Of a DNA stretch of 64,000 nucleotides, positions 1 through 10,100 are shown piece after piece. Position 1 is the first letter of the stretch; the number at the start of each line of letters is the position of its first letter. Origin of the DNA: Cyanophora paradoxa CCMP329 (lineage: Eukaryota > Plantae > Glaucophyta); contig QPMI01000621.1 of NCBI GenBank assembly GCA_004431415.1, positions 62,001-126,000 on the forward strand. The letters are read 5' to 3'. Below the pieces are notes generated by a model that was not told where the DNA came from, made no database searches, and saw nothing but the letters and a program-made list of their open reading frames with translations. The translations under genes and the position numbers were made by a program.

Positions 1-3000
1 GCCGAGATGGCCGAGCGGGGCGACGGCGATAAGGCGCCTGAGGGAGCGCCGCCGCCGCCGCCGTCGACCATCGACGAGAACTTGAGCCAGCGAGCCCTGT
101 ACGAGGCTGTGGGGGTGACCGACGGCCTCCTCGCGGTGCCGCATTGCCCCCCGCAGCTCTGCGAGGGGAGGCAAGTTGCCGACTGGCCGATGACGGCCCG
201 GGCGGAACTTGCCCGCCGTTGGAACATCCCCTATGAGGCGCTGAAGGGCACCCTTGCTGATCTGCGGGTCCCGCACCTCAAGGCGTTCCTCACGGGTGAG
301 AAGGGCACGCCCATTCAGAGCCGCCTCGACGGCCCGCTGGTGCCGCACGAGGTGCCGCCGGCGGGATGCGTTGCACTTAGGGCCGAGCGCACTATCCGCC
401 TCGCGCGGCTGAACGCGGCCGCGTTCGAGCTCTTCATGATCGCGCTGGGCCTCCGCGCCCCGGTCACGCCCCACTCCAACGACCTTCCGTTCCACTTGCA
501 TGAGTGGACGGAACAGCAGTTGGAGCATTTCCTGACTATGCGTTGGGCGATCCCCACCACGCGCCTCCCGCGGTGGACTCACGGGGGCCGCTTCAACCCG
601 AACTCGGCCGTCATTCCGCCGGCGTGGGCGCAGCATCTCCTGCGTGCTCACACCATGTTCCGCGCCGAGGCGGCCGGGGCAACTGCCCCATCCGCGGACC
701 GCGCTGGCCTAGAGTTCCCGCACGGGGTCCGCTGGCTACGCCGCCACCTGCGGCTAGGGACGCGCTCGCTGGAGGAAGCCGCCAAGAGCGACCCGCACAA
801 GGGCTTGGCCCTGACCGCTCAGCGCGCGGCCTTCCAGGAGAAGGTCTTGCACGCTCTCGAGCGCCACGCCGCGAAGCAGTCTTTCACGTTCGACGACGCG
901 CTCGTGAGCAGCCACGGCGCTGACGACGAGCCCGAACCCCGCCTCGAGCCGCTCGACATTGACCATGCCGAGAGCGAAGAGGAAGAGGGCGAGGAGGAAG
1001 ACGAAGAGGCGCCGGCTGCCGTCCCCGCGGCGGCGCACAGGCCGTTCGAGCCGCACAAGGACTGGCAGCCGCGGCCGCTGTTCTCGTTGACGGACCCGAC
1101 GTACGCCAACGATTACAAGCTCTTGCGCGAGTACATGGACCGGAAACACGCGTTTTTCCGGCCCCTGGAATGCTATGAGCCAGGGTTCACTGAGTGGGCG
1201 ACGCTGCCCGCGATCAGCTACCCCCTGCGCTGGCAGCACGCCGGCGATGTTGACGAGTACAACATCGACGTGCTCGCGCTGCAGGACCAGCACATGGGCG
1301 AGCTGTGCTCGACTATGCTTAAGCGCGTCGGCCCCGCCGCGCGCGGCATAGTGAACTGGTTCTCGCTCGTAGGCCCGCCTCAGCGGCCGTTCGACGAGGA
1401 CCCGGAACTCTTCGACCTGCAGGGGCTTGCGTTCCCGCACGCTGCCTGCGGCGTCAGCTTGGACATCGTGCAGTACCTCGCGGTCGGGGCCCGTACCGCA
1501 CAGTCTGCCGTCCCGACGTATGTGGGCGCCTGGGATCTCACGCACGAGGGCACCGCCCACGCACCCGTGTGTTCGACCCTAGGCCAGGTCTCGCGGGTGC
1601 TGTATACCGCCTTCTTCCACGAAGGCGGCGGCGCGCGGAATGCCCCGCCGCCGTACATGCCGCACCCCGAGCGCCCCACCCTGCACACCTCAGTCTTGGG
1701 CGGTAACATCGCCGACCCGAACGAGGAGGACGCCAGGACGCCGTTCGCGACCCGTTTCGCGCGCGACGTCGCCGTGCTGGCCCTGCTGCGCCCGCTCGCC
1801 GACAAGCGCGTCGAGAACGTGGAGGGTCGCCTGAAGACGCGGCGTATCTACGCGCCCCGTCTCGTGGCCGGCACGGCCACGCCTGCGCCGAACGCAGCCT
1901 GCGACAAGGATGTCGCAGGGAGCGCGCCGCGCCAGCGCGAGAACAAGAAGCTGTGGCTCGCGGTGACCGTCGCCCAGCTGGCGAGCCAGCCCAAGAAGAG
2001 TCACGCGAACCCGCGGCTCGTCACCGCGTTCGGTTACGAGCTGCCGCCTTTCCCGAACTCACCTCCGGAGACGTGCCCTTGGGCGCCGATCCCGGCAGAA
2101 GAGGAAGTCCTTGCGACGGCCATCGGTTTCACGCTGGCCTGGCACGCGCGCTTCTTCCAGCGCCACGCGCCGGGCAAGCACCTCCGCAGCCAGCACTGGG
2201 CTGACGACTTTCTGTCGGCTGCGGCCATGGACGTCGAGTCGGAACGCCCGGCTGACTACGTCCCTGAGATCGCTCAGGCGGTCGCCGACCACATGGACGA
2301 CTTCAACAAGGTGTTGAACTCGTTCCGCTGTGTGGTGCCGGACGGTATGATGGTGTTCATTCACGAGGCCTTCCTGACGAAGCCGACGGCCAAGCCGGAC
2401 CGCGGGTCGGACGTCTTGCCTCAGGGCAAGAAGGTCTTCGACGCGGACGCGAGGCCGACGTATCCGGACGGCCACCCCACGCTTGCGTGGAAGTTTGGCC
2501 CGAACAATGCAGTCGTGCCGGACCACGAGGGTCGCGCAGCGATCTGTGGGCGGATCCTGCTCGCGATGCTCCAGGGCTTCCAGTATCCCCGCATCCCGCT
2601 GCTCGCGCAGCGCGTGGACAACCGCGCGCCCCTGAACGCCGCCATGCCCCAGAACGTGGCCGAGGTCTTCAGGGCCCTCCTGCGCACTATGACGAGGGAC
2701 GAGTGCGCCGAGTCCGAGGCCCGCGCGCTGGCGGACGGCATCCGCGCGTACCTCGCGAACATGCCGCACGGCCTTGGGTACCAGCGCCTTGAGCTCGGCT
2801 CGCCCCCGATGGCCGGCGCCGAGGACGCGTGGCCCTCCGGCGATGACCTTGGCGCCGGGGGCAAGAGTGGGATTCAGCGCCACCTTGAGGCCGCCCGCGC
2901 CGCCGAGGAGCTAGAGAACTGTCCCGGGAACTTCCCGCTGGGGCTCATCTTTACCGATGAGGCTATTCCCCTGCGGCCCCAGTTCGAGACTATGCTCCGT

Positions 3001-3341
3001 TCGCTCTACGCCGATCTGAACGTCGCGATCCGCCTCGCGCGTCCGATCGACTGGGAGACGGACGATCCTGAGCTTCCCGACTGGGACGTTGAGGCGCTGC
3101 GCCCGGCGATGATGTGGGACGCGGTCCAGAACAAGGGCGCCGCGCCCTCAGCCCGGCGCAGTCTGACCGCGACGGCCGTCGTCGATAAGGAAGCCGAGAG
3201 CCTCCTGGTTCGCACGCCGTACCAGCCGATCTACGAGGGGGCGGTTCGCGCGACGTGGGCGGGCGTGCGGTTCCAGCCGCCCTCCACCATCGTCGGCGGG
3301 CTCTCGGATGACCCTGCCGAGGCGGCGCCCTCCGCCACCCC
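1..3341 (+). mobile_element. 5' part of a Ty3/Gypsy-like retroelement polyprotein (long region preceding protease), interrupted by PLV-1
   Basis: ORF 7..3555 is GC-rich up to 3341; its last ~70 codons are read-through into the viral TIR. Joining 3341 to 36998 gives in-frame ...AEAAPSATP|SAPAPAQAAAQT..., continuing towards PR-RT-RNaseH. The frame is also open at 1-6, so the true start may lie upstream of the window. Confidence 0.8.
3336..3341. repeat. Left target-site duplication CACCCC (partner at 36992-36997)
   Basis: The same 6-mer lies directly before TGTTGTATA (3342) and directly after TATACAACA (36991). Confidence 0.9.
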
Positions 3342-4132
3342 TGTTGTATACGCATGGACCTCACACCCGGGCAATTCCGCTTCGCTCCATAGCCCCCGAT
3401 TCCATGCGTTTCAAGTGTATACCTCCAGCGTTTCATTAGTAATTTCACCATATACGTCTACCCCGCCGATCCAGCTACGTCTACCGACCCACTCCCTAGG
3501 TGGAAGCCTAGCAATATCTGACGACTATACAAGGCAGAGTTATGAAGAAGAATAGGCGAAGAGGAGCTTGGCCCCCATGCAAGCGGTCTGCAGAGGACCA
3601 CAGATGAATAGTCTAGGCGATATTGATGTGTACATTGAAGCACTTCGTGTCCCAAGAGCGCTCTGGTGCGGCCTCTGGAGATGTGTTGTTGTATGTGCAT
3701 GGACCTCACACCCGGGCAATTCCGCTTCGCTCCATAGCCGCCGATTCCATGCGTTTCAAGTGTATACCTCCAGCGTTTCATTAGTAATTTCACCATATAC
3801 GTCTACCCCACCGATCCAGCAACGTCTTCAGTCCCACTCCCTAGGTCGAAGCCTAGCAATAGCTCATGTCTATTTAGGACAGTGCTGTGAAGAAGAATAG
3901 ACGAAGAGGAGCGCTGCCCCCATGAGCGCGGTCTGCAGAGCAACGAGAAAGAATAGTCTAGGCGATATAGATGAGTACGATGAAGCTAACAGAGGAAGCA
4001 CGTTTAGGTTAATTTTAGGCGAAATGATGAGAACATTGAAGCAACCAGAGGAAAAGCGTTTAGCTCTATCTAGGCGATAATGATGAGTACATTGAAGCAC
4101 TTCGTGTCCCAAGAGCGCTCTGGTGCGGCCTC
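3342..4132 (+). repeat. PLV-1 left terminal inverted repeat (two tandem units, 3342-3686 and 3687-4132)
   Basis: Reverse complement of 25466-26256; mirrored ORFs 3568..3900(+) and 25698..26030(-) translate identically; begins TGTTGTATACGC. Confidence 0.95.
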
Positions 4133-4138
4133 ATCCAC

Positions 4139-4471
4139 TTAATCTGGCTGCTTTTCCGAAACTGGAGTCTTCTCCTTTCTGAAACTTGATAGCAAGGACT
4201 TTCTTCTTTTCATTGGCTTCGGGATATCTGGGGGTGGCCACGACAATCTTCGGCCTTCATCAAGCCAAGGTACAGGTGAATCAGTTCGAGTAAATGGAGA
4301 ATTGGACCTAGAAGTCCTGGGTGTGTTAATAGGCGATACCTGAGTTTCTGGGGTGCGAGAGCCCTCAGTGTCCGATATTTCGAGGTTAATGGTCGTCTCG
4401 CAGCAACTACAATTCAATTTGCTGGTGACGTTGAGATGGAACATATCCATACATTTTCGAAGCAAATCCAT
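4139..4471 (-). CDS. Small conserved viral protein with N-terminal S-x-CC motif and S/P-rich tail
   Basis: N-terminus CMDMFHLNVTSKLNCSCCETTINLEISD matches PLV-2 ORF 50943..51380 CIEMFQLHVVSNCHSPCCDTTVEIEISD. Confidence 0.8.
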   Translation of the reverse strand: MDLLRKCMDMFHLNVTSKLNCSCCETTINLEISDTEGSRTPETQVSPINTPRTSRSNSPFTRTDSPVPWLDEGRRLSWPPPDIPKPMKRRKSLLSSFRKEKTPVSEKQPD

Positions 4472-4509
4472 CTTTTAATGGAAAAATATAAAAAAACAAA
4501 GGAATGCGG

Positions 4510-5337
4510 CTATGGAGCCGTATCGCTGCCGAATATAGGAAAATACCTGTTTGTACCAACATATTCTGCATATGTGTTCTGTTTAGCAATAGCATCGGTT
4601 CTTTCAGCATAAAGGATGCATTTGTAGATACCAAACCTGGTTGCTCTTACCAAAAACTGATAATCTTCTAATCCGAAATTTACACCATGATACGCGATCC
4701 CGAAATTGTCATAGGGTGTGATTACAACCGAAATATTCGGGGTTCCACCTTCTACTTGACAGAGTGCATAAATATCCGGAGGGATATCAACAATTACCTT
4801 ATAATGATCACCAATTTCAACCAGAGAATCAACTACTGATGTTTGCTCATTAACAACAATTGGAAAGATCTTTATAATATATGGTGCATTCATACCGGGG
4901 ACATACGTCCGAATCCGCGTCAGATTGTCGATCGGGTTTGGCGTGTCGTTTACGAAGAGAGGAGCTCCAATAGCTCCGCCAACACGAAGACCATCACCAA
5001 TATATGCGCCGCCATTTCGACAGTTAATAGCTCCAGAACGAGATTCAAAAGAATAAGTCGAAATAGGATCGCCGTAGCTGTCTGGATCTCCATAATGTGA
5101 GCTGAAATTTGCATTCGTAACTAGCAACTTTGTTGTCTTAACTATACCATTATTTTTATCACATCTGAGTTCTTGCAATCGAAGTTTATGTGTAGATCCG
5201 AAGGTATTCATTGTCGGCTGTACCTCTGTTGATTGCAGACCTTCCACATCGTCAAAAGTAGCATGTTGTAGAACGTGATTTGCAGGAGATGAGAGCGAAA
5301 GTTGTGCCGTAACAATACGCTCTATTGATTCAGCCAT
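4510..5337 (-). CDS. Hypothetical protein, probably virion-associated; paralog of 5911..6765
   Basis: 275-aa ORF; shares SL.SPANH..QH, ELR.DKN.G.VKTT.LLV.NANF and GGA.IG.G.RV with the 284-aa ORF. Confidence 0.75.
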   Translation of the reverse strand: MAESIERIVTAQLSLSSPANHVLQHATFDDVEGLQSTEVQPTMNTFGSTHKLRLQELRCDKNNGIVKTTKLLVTNANFSSHYGDPDSYGDPISTYSFESRSGAINCRNGGAYIGDGLRVGGAIGAPLFVNDTPNPIDNLTRIRTYVPGMNAPYIIKIFPIVVNEQTSVVDSLVEIGDHYKVIVDIPPDIYALCQVEGGTPNISVVITPYDNFGIAYHGVNFGLEDYQFLVRATRFGIYKCILYAERTDAIAKQNTYAEYVGTNRYFPIFGSDTAP

Positions 5338-5399
5338 TATTGTTATGACTTAAAGAAAATGAATATATAGAATAACAAGGCAAAAGGAAGACTGTCCAG

Positions 5400-5921
5400 A
5401 TGGAGATCGAAATTGCACATGGAGAAGCTGCTATTCCTATCTATGGACGAGCTGGAATAGTGGCATATTCTTTGATATTAGCAGCGGATGCAGAGCTGGT
5501 AAATGAGAAACGTTGGCGTCTTGATAAACAGGGATATGCTTTATGTAGCATCACTGTAAACGGAAAGAAGACAACAAAATTAATGCATCAATTAATTGTG
5601 GGATTAGTAAATCCAGGGTTTTCTATTGATCACATTAATTGTAATAAACTGGATAACAGACGTGAAAATCTGCGACTTGCGACAAAGCGACAGCAACAGC
5701 TGAACCAGAACCGGCGGGTCACAAACACATCAGGATTCATAGGTGTAAGCTTCAATCAGCAGCTTGGCAAATGGGATGCGCGATATCAGATAAATGGTCG
5801 CAAAAAGCAAATCGGAGTGTTTCAAACTGCTGAAGCTGCTGCTCGTGCCCGCGATGCTTACGCTCTTGAACATACTTCTGAAGCAGACAAGCCGTTCTTG
5901 CGTCTAAATTTTACGGAGTAG
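5400..5921 (+). CDS. HNH endonuclease with C-terminal AP2 DNA-binding domain
   Basis: IDHINCNKLDNRRENLR (HNH); SGFIGVS...W.ARYQING...IGVFQTAEAAARARD (AP2). Confidence 0.9.
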   Translation: MEIEIAHGEAAIPIYGRAGIVAYSLILAADAELVNEKRWRLDKQGYALCSITVNGKKTTKLMHQLIVGLVNPGFSIDHINCNKLDNRRENLRLATKRQQQLNQNRRVTNTSGFIGVSFNQQLGKWDARYQINGRKKQIGVFQTAEAAARARDAYALEHTSEADKPFLRLNFTE

Positions 5922-6765
5922 GATCATCGATTACATCTGGCTCCTGGTAAAATCCGGTTGTAAAGATATCAGCAACATTCACACCACGAAGTGCCGAAAC
6001 AGCTGCTATATCTGTTCTCAGTCCCATTATCATAGTATTGTAAACTCCCACCTCAGTGACAAACAAATCATAAGTAAATGTCAAATTGTTATATACACAA
6101 TATCCCCGACCGAAATGATTTGATGCTTGAACAAAGAATAGGTAATTGTGACCTGGTTGATTGTTGTTTGATCTACACATCGAAAGCATTGCTGTGGGAA
6201 GAGATATATTCCTTCTCACGCGATCAGTTCCTGTTATGGAAATCAACTCTGAATTTTCAAGAGAGACAGATGATGCAACATAGAAGTGAAGAAAAGGTTG
6301 CTGTGCAACAGGTGTATAGAACCGAATTCGTTGTGGATTTTCAACATTTTGTTCAAGGGTATCCGGGACATCATTGTATGCAATCGAAGAAGAGAGTTGA
6401 CCTGAAACTCTGCAACCACCACCAATAAATGCTCCACCTGAACGAATTGTAGCAGCAGCAGAATTCTTGTCGAAATCGAGGGCTTTCAGATCAACACTGT
6501 ATGCATCAGGACCTCCATTTATTGGTTGGAAGAAGTTAGCATTGCTTACGAGTAGTCGAGTTGTTTTAACCACACCTGAATTCTTATCAGCTCTCAGCTC
6601 TTTTACTCGAATCATCGAATTTTTATCGAAAGCATTCCCGTTCGAATTAGGTCGTTCAGTGGATTCCAGACCGCGAACCTCATCATTGACTTCGTGTTGG
6701 CGAAAATGATTTGCAGGGGATCCAAGTGAATAGATAGGTAACTGAACCCGATTATATTCGCCCAT
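5911..6765 (-). CDS. Hypothetical protein, probably virion-associated; paralog of 4510..5337
   Basis: 284-aa ORF with clear N-terminal similarity to the 275-aa ORF. Confidence 0.75.
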   Translation of the reverse strand: MGEYNRVQLPIYSLGSPANHFRQHEVNDEVRGLESTERPNSNGNAFDKNSMIRVKELRADKNSGVVKTTRLLVSNANFFQPINGGPDAYSVDLKALDFDKNSAAATIRSGGAFIGGGCRVSGQLSSSIAYNDVPDTLEQNVENPQRIRFYTPVAQQPFLHFYVASSVSLENSELISITGTDRVRRNISLPTAMLSMCRSNNNQPGHNYLFFVQASNHFGRGYCVYNNLTFTYDLFVTEVGVYNTMIMGLRTDIAAVSALRGVNVADIFTTGFYQEPDVIDDPTP

Positions 6766-6821
6766 TGCTTATTTTACTAAGAAGGAAAGAAAAAAAAGTC
6801 GGCAGACAAGCCAAACTACCA

Positions 6822-7130
6822 TCAAGCCAAAGTGATTAGATTCGCTCCAAGGGCTTGGTAAGCAACAGAAAGAGCTTGAATATTGGCTGTCATTGCTTTG
6901 ATATTGCTATCGCACTCAGAGTATTTAGCAACAGGTTCGCCATATGCCGATTGCGCAAGGACATTAACCAAGAGGTTTTTATATTCATGAACAACCGGTG
7001 ACAGTTTGTTGGTTTGCTGTATCGTTTTTTCGACAGTTTGTAGTGCGGCTACAAGTTTGATAGTATCGAATACAAGAGCAACAGGCTCAGAAGAAGTAGA
7101 AGGAGTTCCACCAAGTGGATACGTCGCCAT
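6822..7130 (-). CDS. Hypothetical small helical protein
   Basis: 102-aa ATG ORF filling the gap between co-oriented genes, with an AT-rich leader. Confidence 0.6.
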   Translation of the reverse strand: MATYPLGGTPSTSSEPVALVFDTIKLVAALQTVEKTIQQTNKLSPVVHEYKNLLVNVLAQSAYGEPVAKYSECDSNIKAMTANIQALSVAYQALGANLITLA

Positions 7131-7161
7131 TTATTATACTGTGACATTTTTATTACGGCAG

Positions 7162-10100
7162 TTAAGCAGCCTGACTGCGCCATTGGTCTATTTGACTTTG
7201 GAGATTTTCACATGTTTGTGTTAAATCTTTGCATTTCTTAGATAATTCTTTAACGGCTTCTATGAGAACTGGAATTAAACCTGTGTATGCAAGGGTTAGA
7301 TAGTTTTCGTGATTTTTACCTACTACTTCTGGTATGACTTTTTCGACATCTTGCGCAATCAGACCTAAATTAACTTTTTGTTTTTCATCACCAATCTTTT
7401 TATAACTCACACCCTGTAATTTCTCGATTGCTGAAAGGGCGCCGGTTATATTTTTAATGTCGGTTTTGTATCTTCTATCACTTCCTTGTGTAAGCCATCC
7501 CCAAAAGTAAGCGTTACCATCATTATAAAAAGCTTGCATTGTTATATCAACTCCATTTCTAAAATGGATCATTTCGTAACCATAACCTTTAATGTATGTA
7601 GTTGATGATGAACCAAAATAAACTCTCCCATTACCTTCACTTGAAGTAATCCAAGTATCAACGGGCCAAGTTGCGCAATTTGGTTTACTAAAAACGTTAT
7701 CCCATGAAATCATCCCATTTGCTGGTGCTGTTCTTCCTTTTTCTTTTGTCCATCCAATCATTCCAATGTGACATCTTCCCTTTCTTGCAACAAATCGAAT
7801 ATGTGTGAAATTCTCACAAAAGAAGGAAGTCCATATTAAACCTTCATGCCACAGTGAATCAGCATAGGTATTTCCTGCATTCTGATAGGTATTTACTCGC
7901 ATTATGTGATTCCATCTATTGTTTCGATAACCTCCAATATCGAAATATCTGCAATTTGTCCAACAGAAATATTGGACATGACATGTTCGCATTCCACTGG
8001 GAACTTCCATTTGCATGTAGTCACTGCTGGTTTGATCATCAGTAATGGTGCTATAAAATCCTTCTACTGGATTGTCTGTTGTAGGTTTCCAACCTGTTCC
8101 CCAAGATCCTACAAAATAAACAGTTGCACTATTCCATCCTGAAACCACATCAAAACTGGTAATGTTTCCAATAGAATTTGTGACATCTGTTAATGTAAGA
8201 TATGATGAGGGGAATGTAGGTTTACTATAAACATTATTCCAATGAATAAAACCGGTTGAACCACCATAAGAACTACTATGTGCGCGATCGTGTGTAAAAC
8301 CAATTCCCATAATGTGAACTCTTCCGACTTTTGGATAAATACGAATGTGAGTAAATCGACCGGCAAGGAAGATTGGGACATTATTAACTCCATTGTGGTA
8401 ACCGTCGCTACTGCCGTCATGTGGCTGATAGTTATTAACTCTCGTAATAAATACAATTGCTCCATTACTACGGACTCCCCAAATCTCAAAATAACGACCA
8501 TTGGTCCACGGTAAATGTGTAAGGAATGCTGTCCCATTAACCAATGCTGTGGGTATTGTATACTGAATCCAAGTAGTTGTAGGAGCTGCTATATCATCGT
8601 ATTCACTGTTGTGTGCATAACTTCCATAATTATATCCTGGATCCCAATACCACCCACCACCGGTTATCCAAGTTCCACTCAATAACTGATAAGCGCCACC
8701 TGCTACTGTGTCATCAAAAGCGTAACATTTTGGAACGTCATAACCATTTCTTTTTAATGTTGCAACATCTATGGTTGTTGCATTTATAGTAGTTCCTGTA
8801 ATTGATGGTGCGCTTACACTTGTAGTAACATTTAAAGTTCCTCCTACCCATAAATTACCATCATTATATGATTTTAATAATGCTAAATCGGAGCCATTGC
8901 GAAACTCCACACAAACATTATCAGAGTTTCCATAACCACGAATATATGTCGTATTACCATTTCCAAACCAAAATCTTTCTATATTGTCTGTTGATTTTAA
9001 CCAATTGTCCACTGTCCATTTTGCTGTTGCTGGAAGGTCTGCGGCTGAGTAAAATGATGGTTTGCTAAATATATTATCCCAAGAGATCATGCCCAATTCA
9101 TTGTCGGTTGCTCTCTGTCTACTCCAACCGAAAACCCCCGTAAGATGAATGCGACCTTTTCGACCTTGAATGTATATCTTTGTGTAAAACTCACAATTGA
9201 TTGAGGCAAACAAAACAGTATTATGTGTCCCATCTTGATTAACTGCCTGGATTCCCTGATATGCATTTATACGTTTTAAGAAATGCTGGTAATTATTGGC
9301 TGTTTGCCCGTAGATATCATAATATCGACAATTCGCCCACGGCATATGCTGAATGTAAAACGATTTCATACCTTCTGGAACTGTCCACCTCATCCAACAA
9401 CCACTGCAATCTTCATCATTATGTGGTGTTGTGTAACATCCTGTTTGTCCTGTTCTTGCGACCCAATTCAAATTCCAATTATTTGCGCTTCTATCTGATG
9501 AAACCACATCTAATTGGTCGAAATCGTAACCTTTTGGTATTGTGGTTCCGCCAATTTGTAAAGTGGTAGCATTCACAGTTCCTGTTACAGTTCCACCTGT
9601 TAGAGGTAGATAATTAGCAAGTGCCGCCGTTAAATCGGTATCTGTAACAAAATCTGTAACAGCTAATTGTAATTCTGTATTTGTAACATAATCTTTGTTT
9701 TCTAAATAATCATCTGTAACAACACCGGAAAGGGTGGTATTGTGTAAGTTTTTCGCCGCCATTCTCTGATTGACTTCTAAGGCACCACCTGTTGTCGTTT
9801 TAATCCATGCCATCTCACATTTTCCGTGATCGTCTGTGGGTTGTCCCACAACAGGAAGGTAGTTTACAACTTTCTCTCTTGTGAACACAATTTTAGGTCT
9901 TGCTCCATCATATGCGCTTTGATCTGTAACGTTAATTTGAATAGCTGCTGAAAAATCGGCTACTTGTCCTGTTTCACCCGGGTGATAATTTGTAACATAG
10001 ATACTGGGGAAAGTATCATTAATTCCTACATTAAAATCGCCATCGTAAATTGTATTCACGATAGAATCCCTCGGTAATCTTACTGCAAGAGTTCCAACCA

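Noticed and set aside
3342-4132. ORFs within the PLV-1 TIRs and the C-terminal 70 aa of ORF 7..3555
   Set aside because: These are read-through into, or chance ORFs within, repeat DNA; they are duplicated only because the TIR is duplicated.
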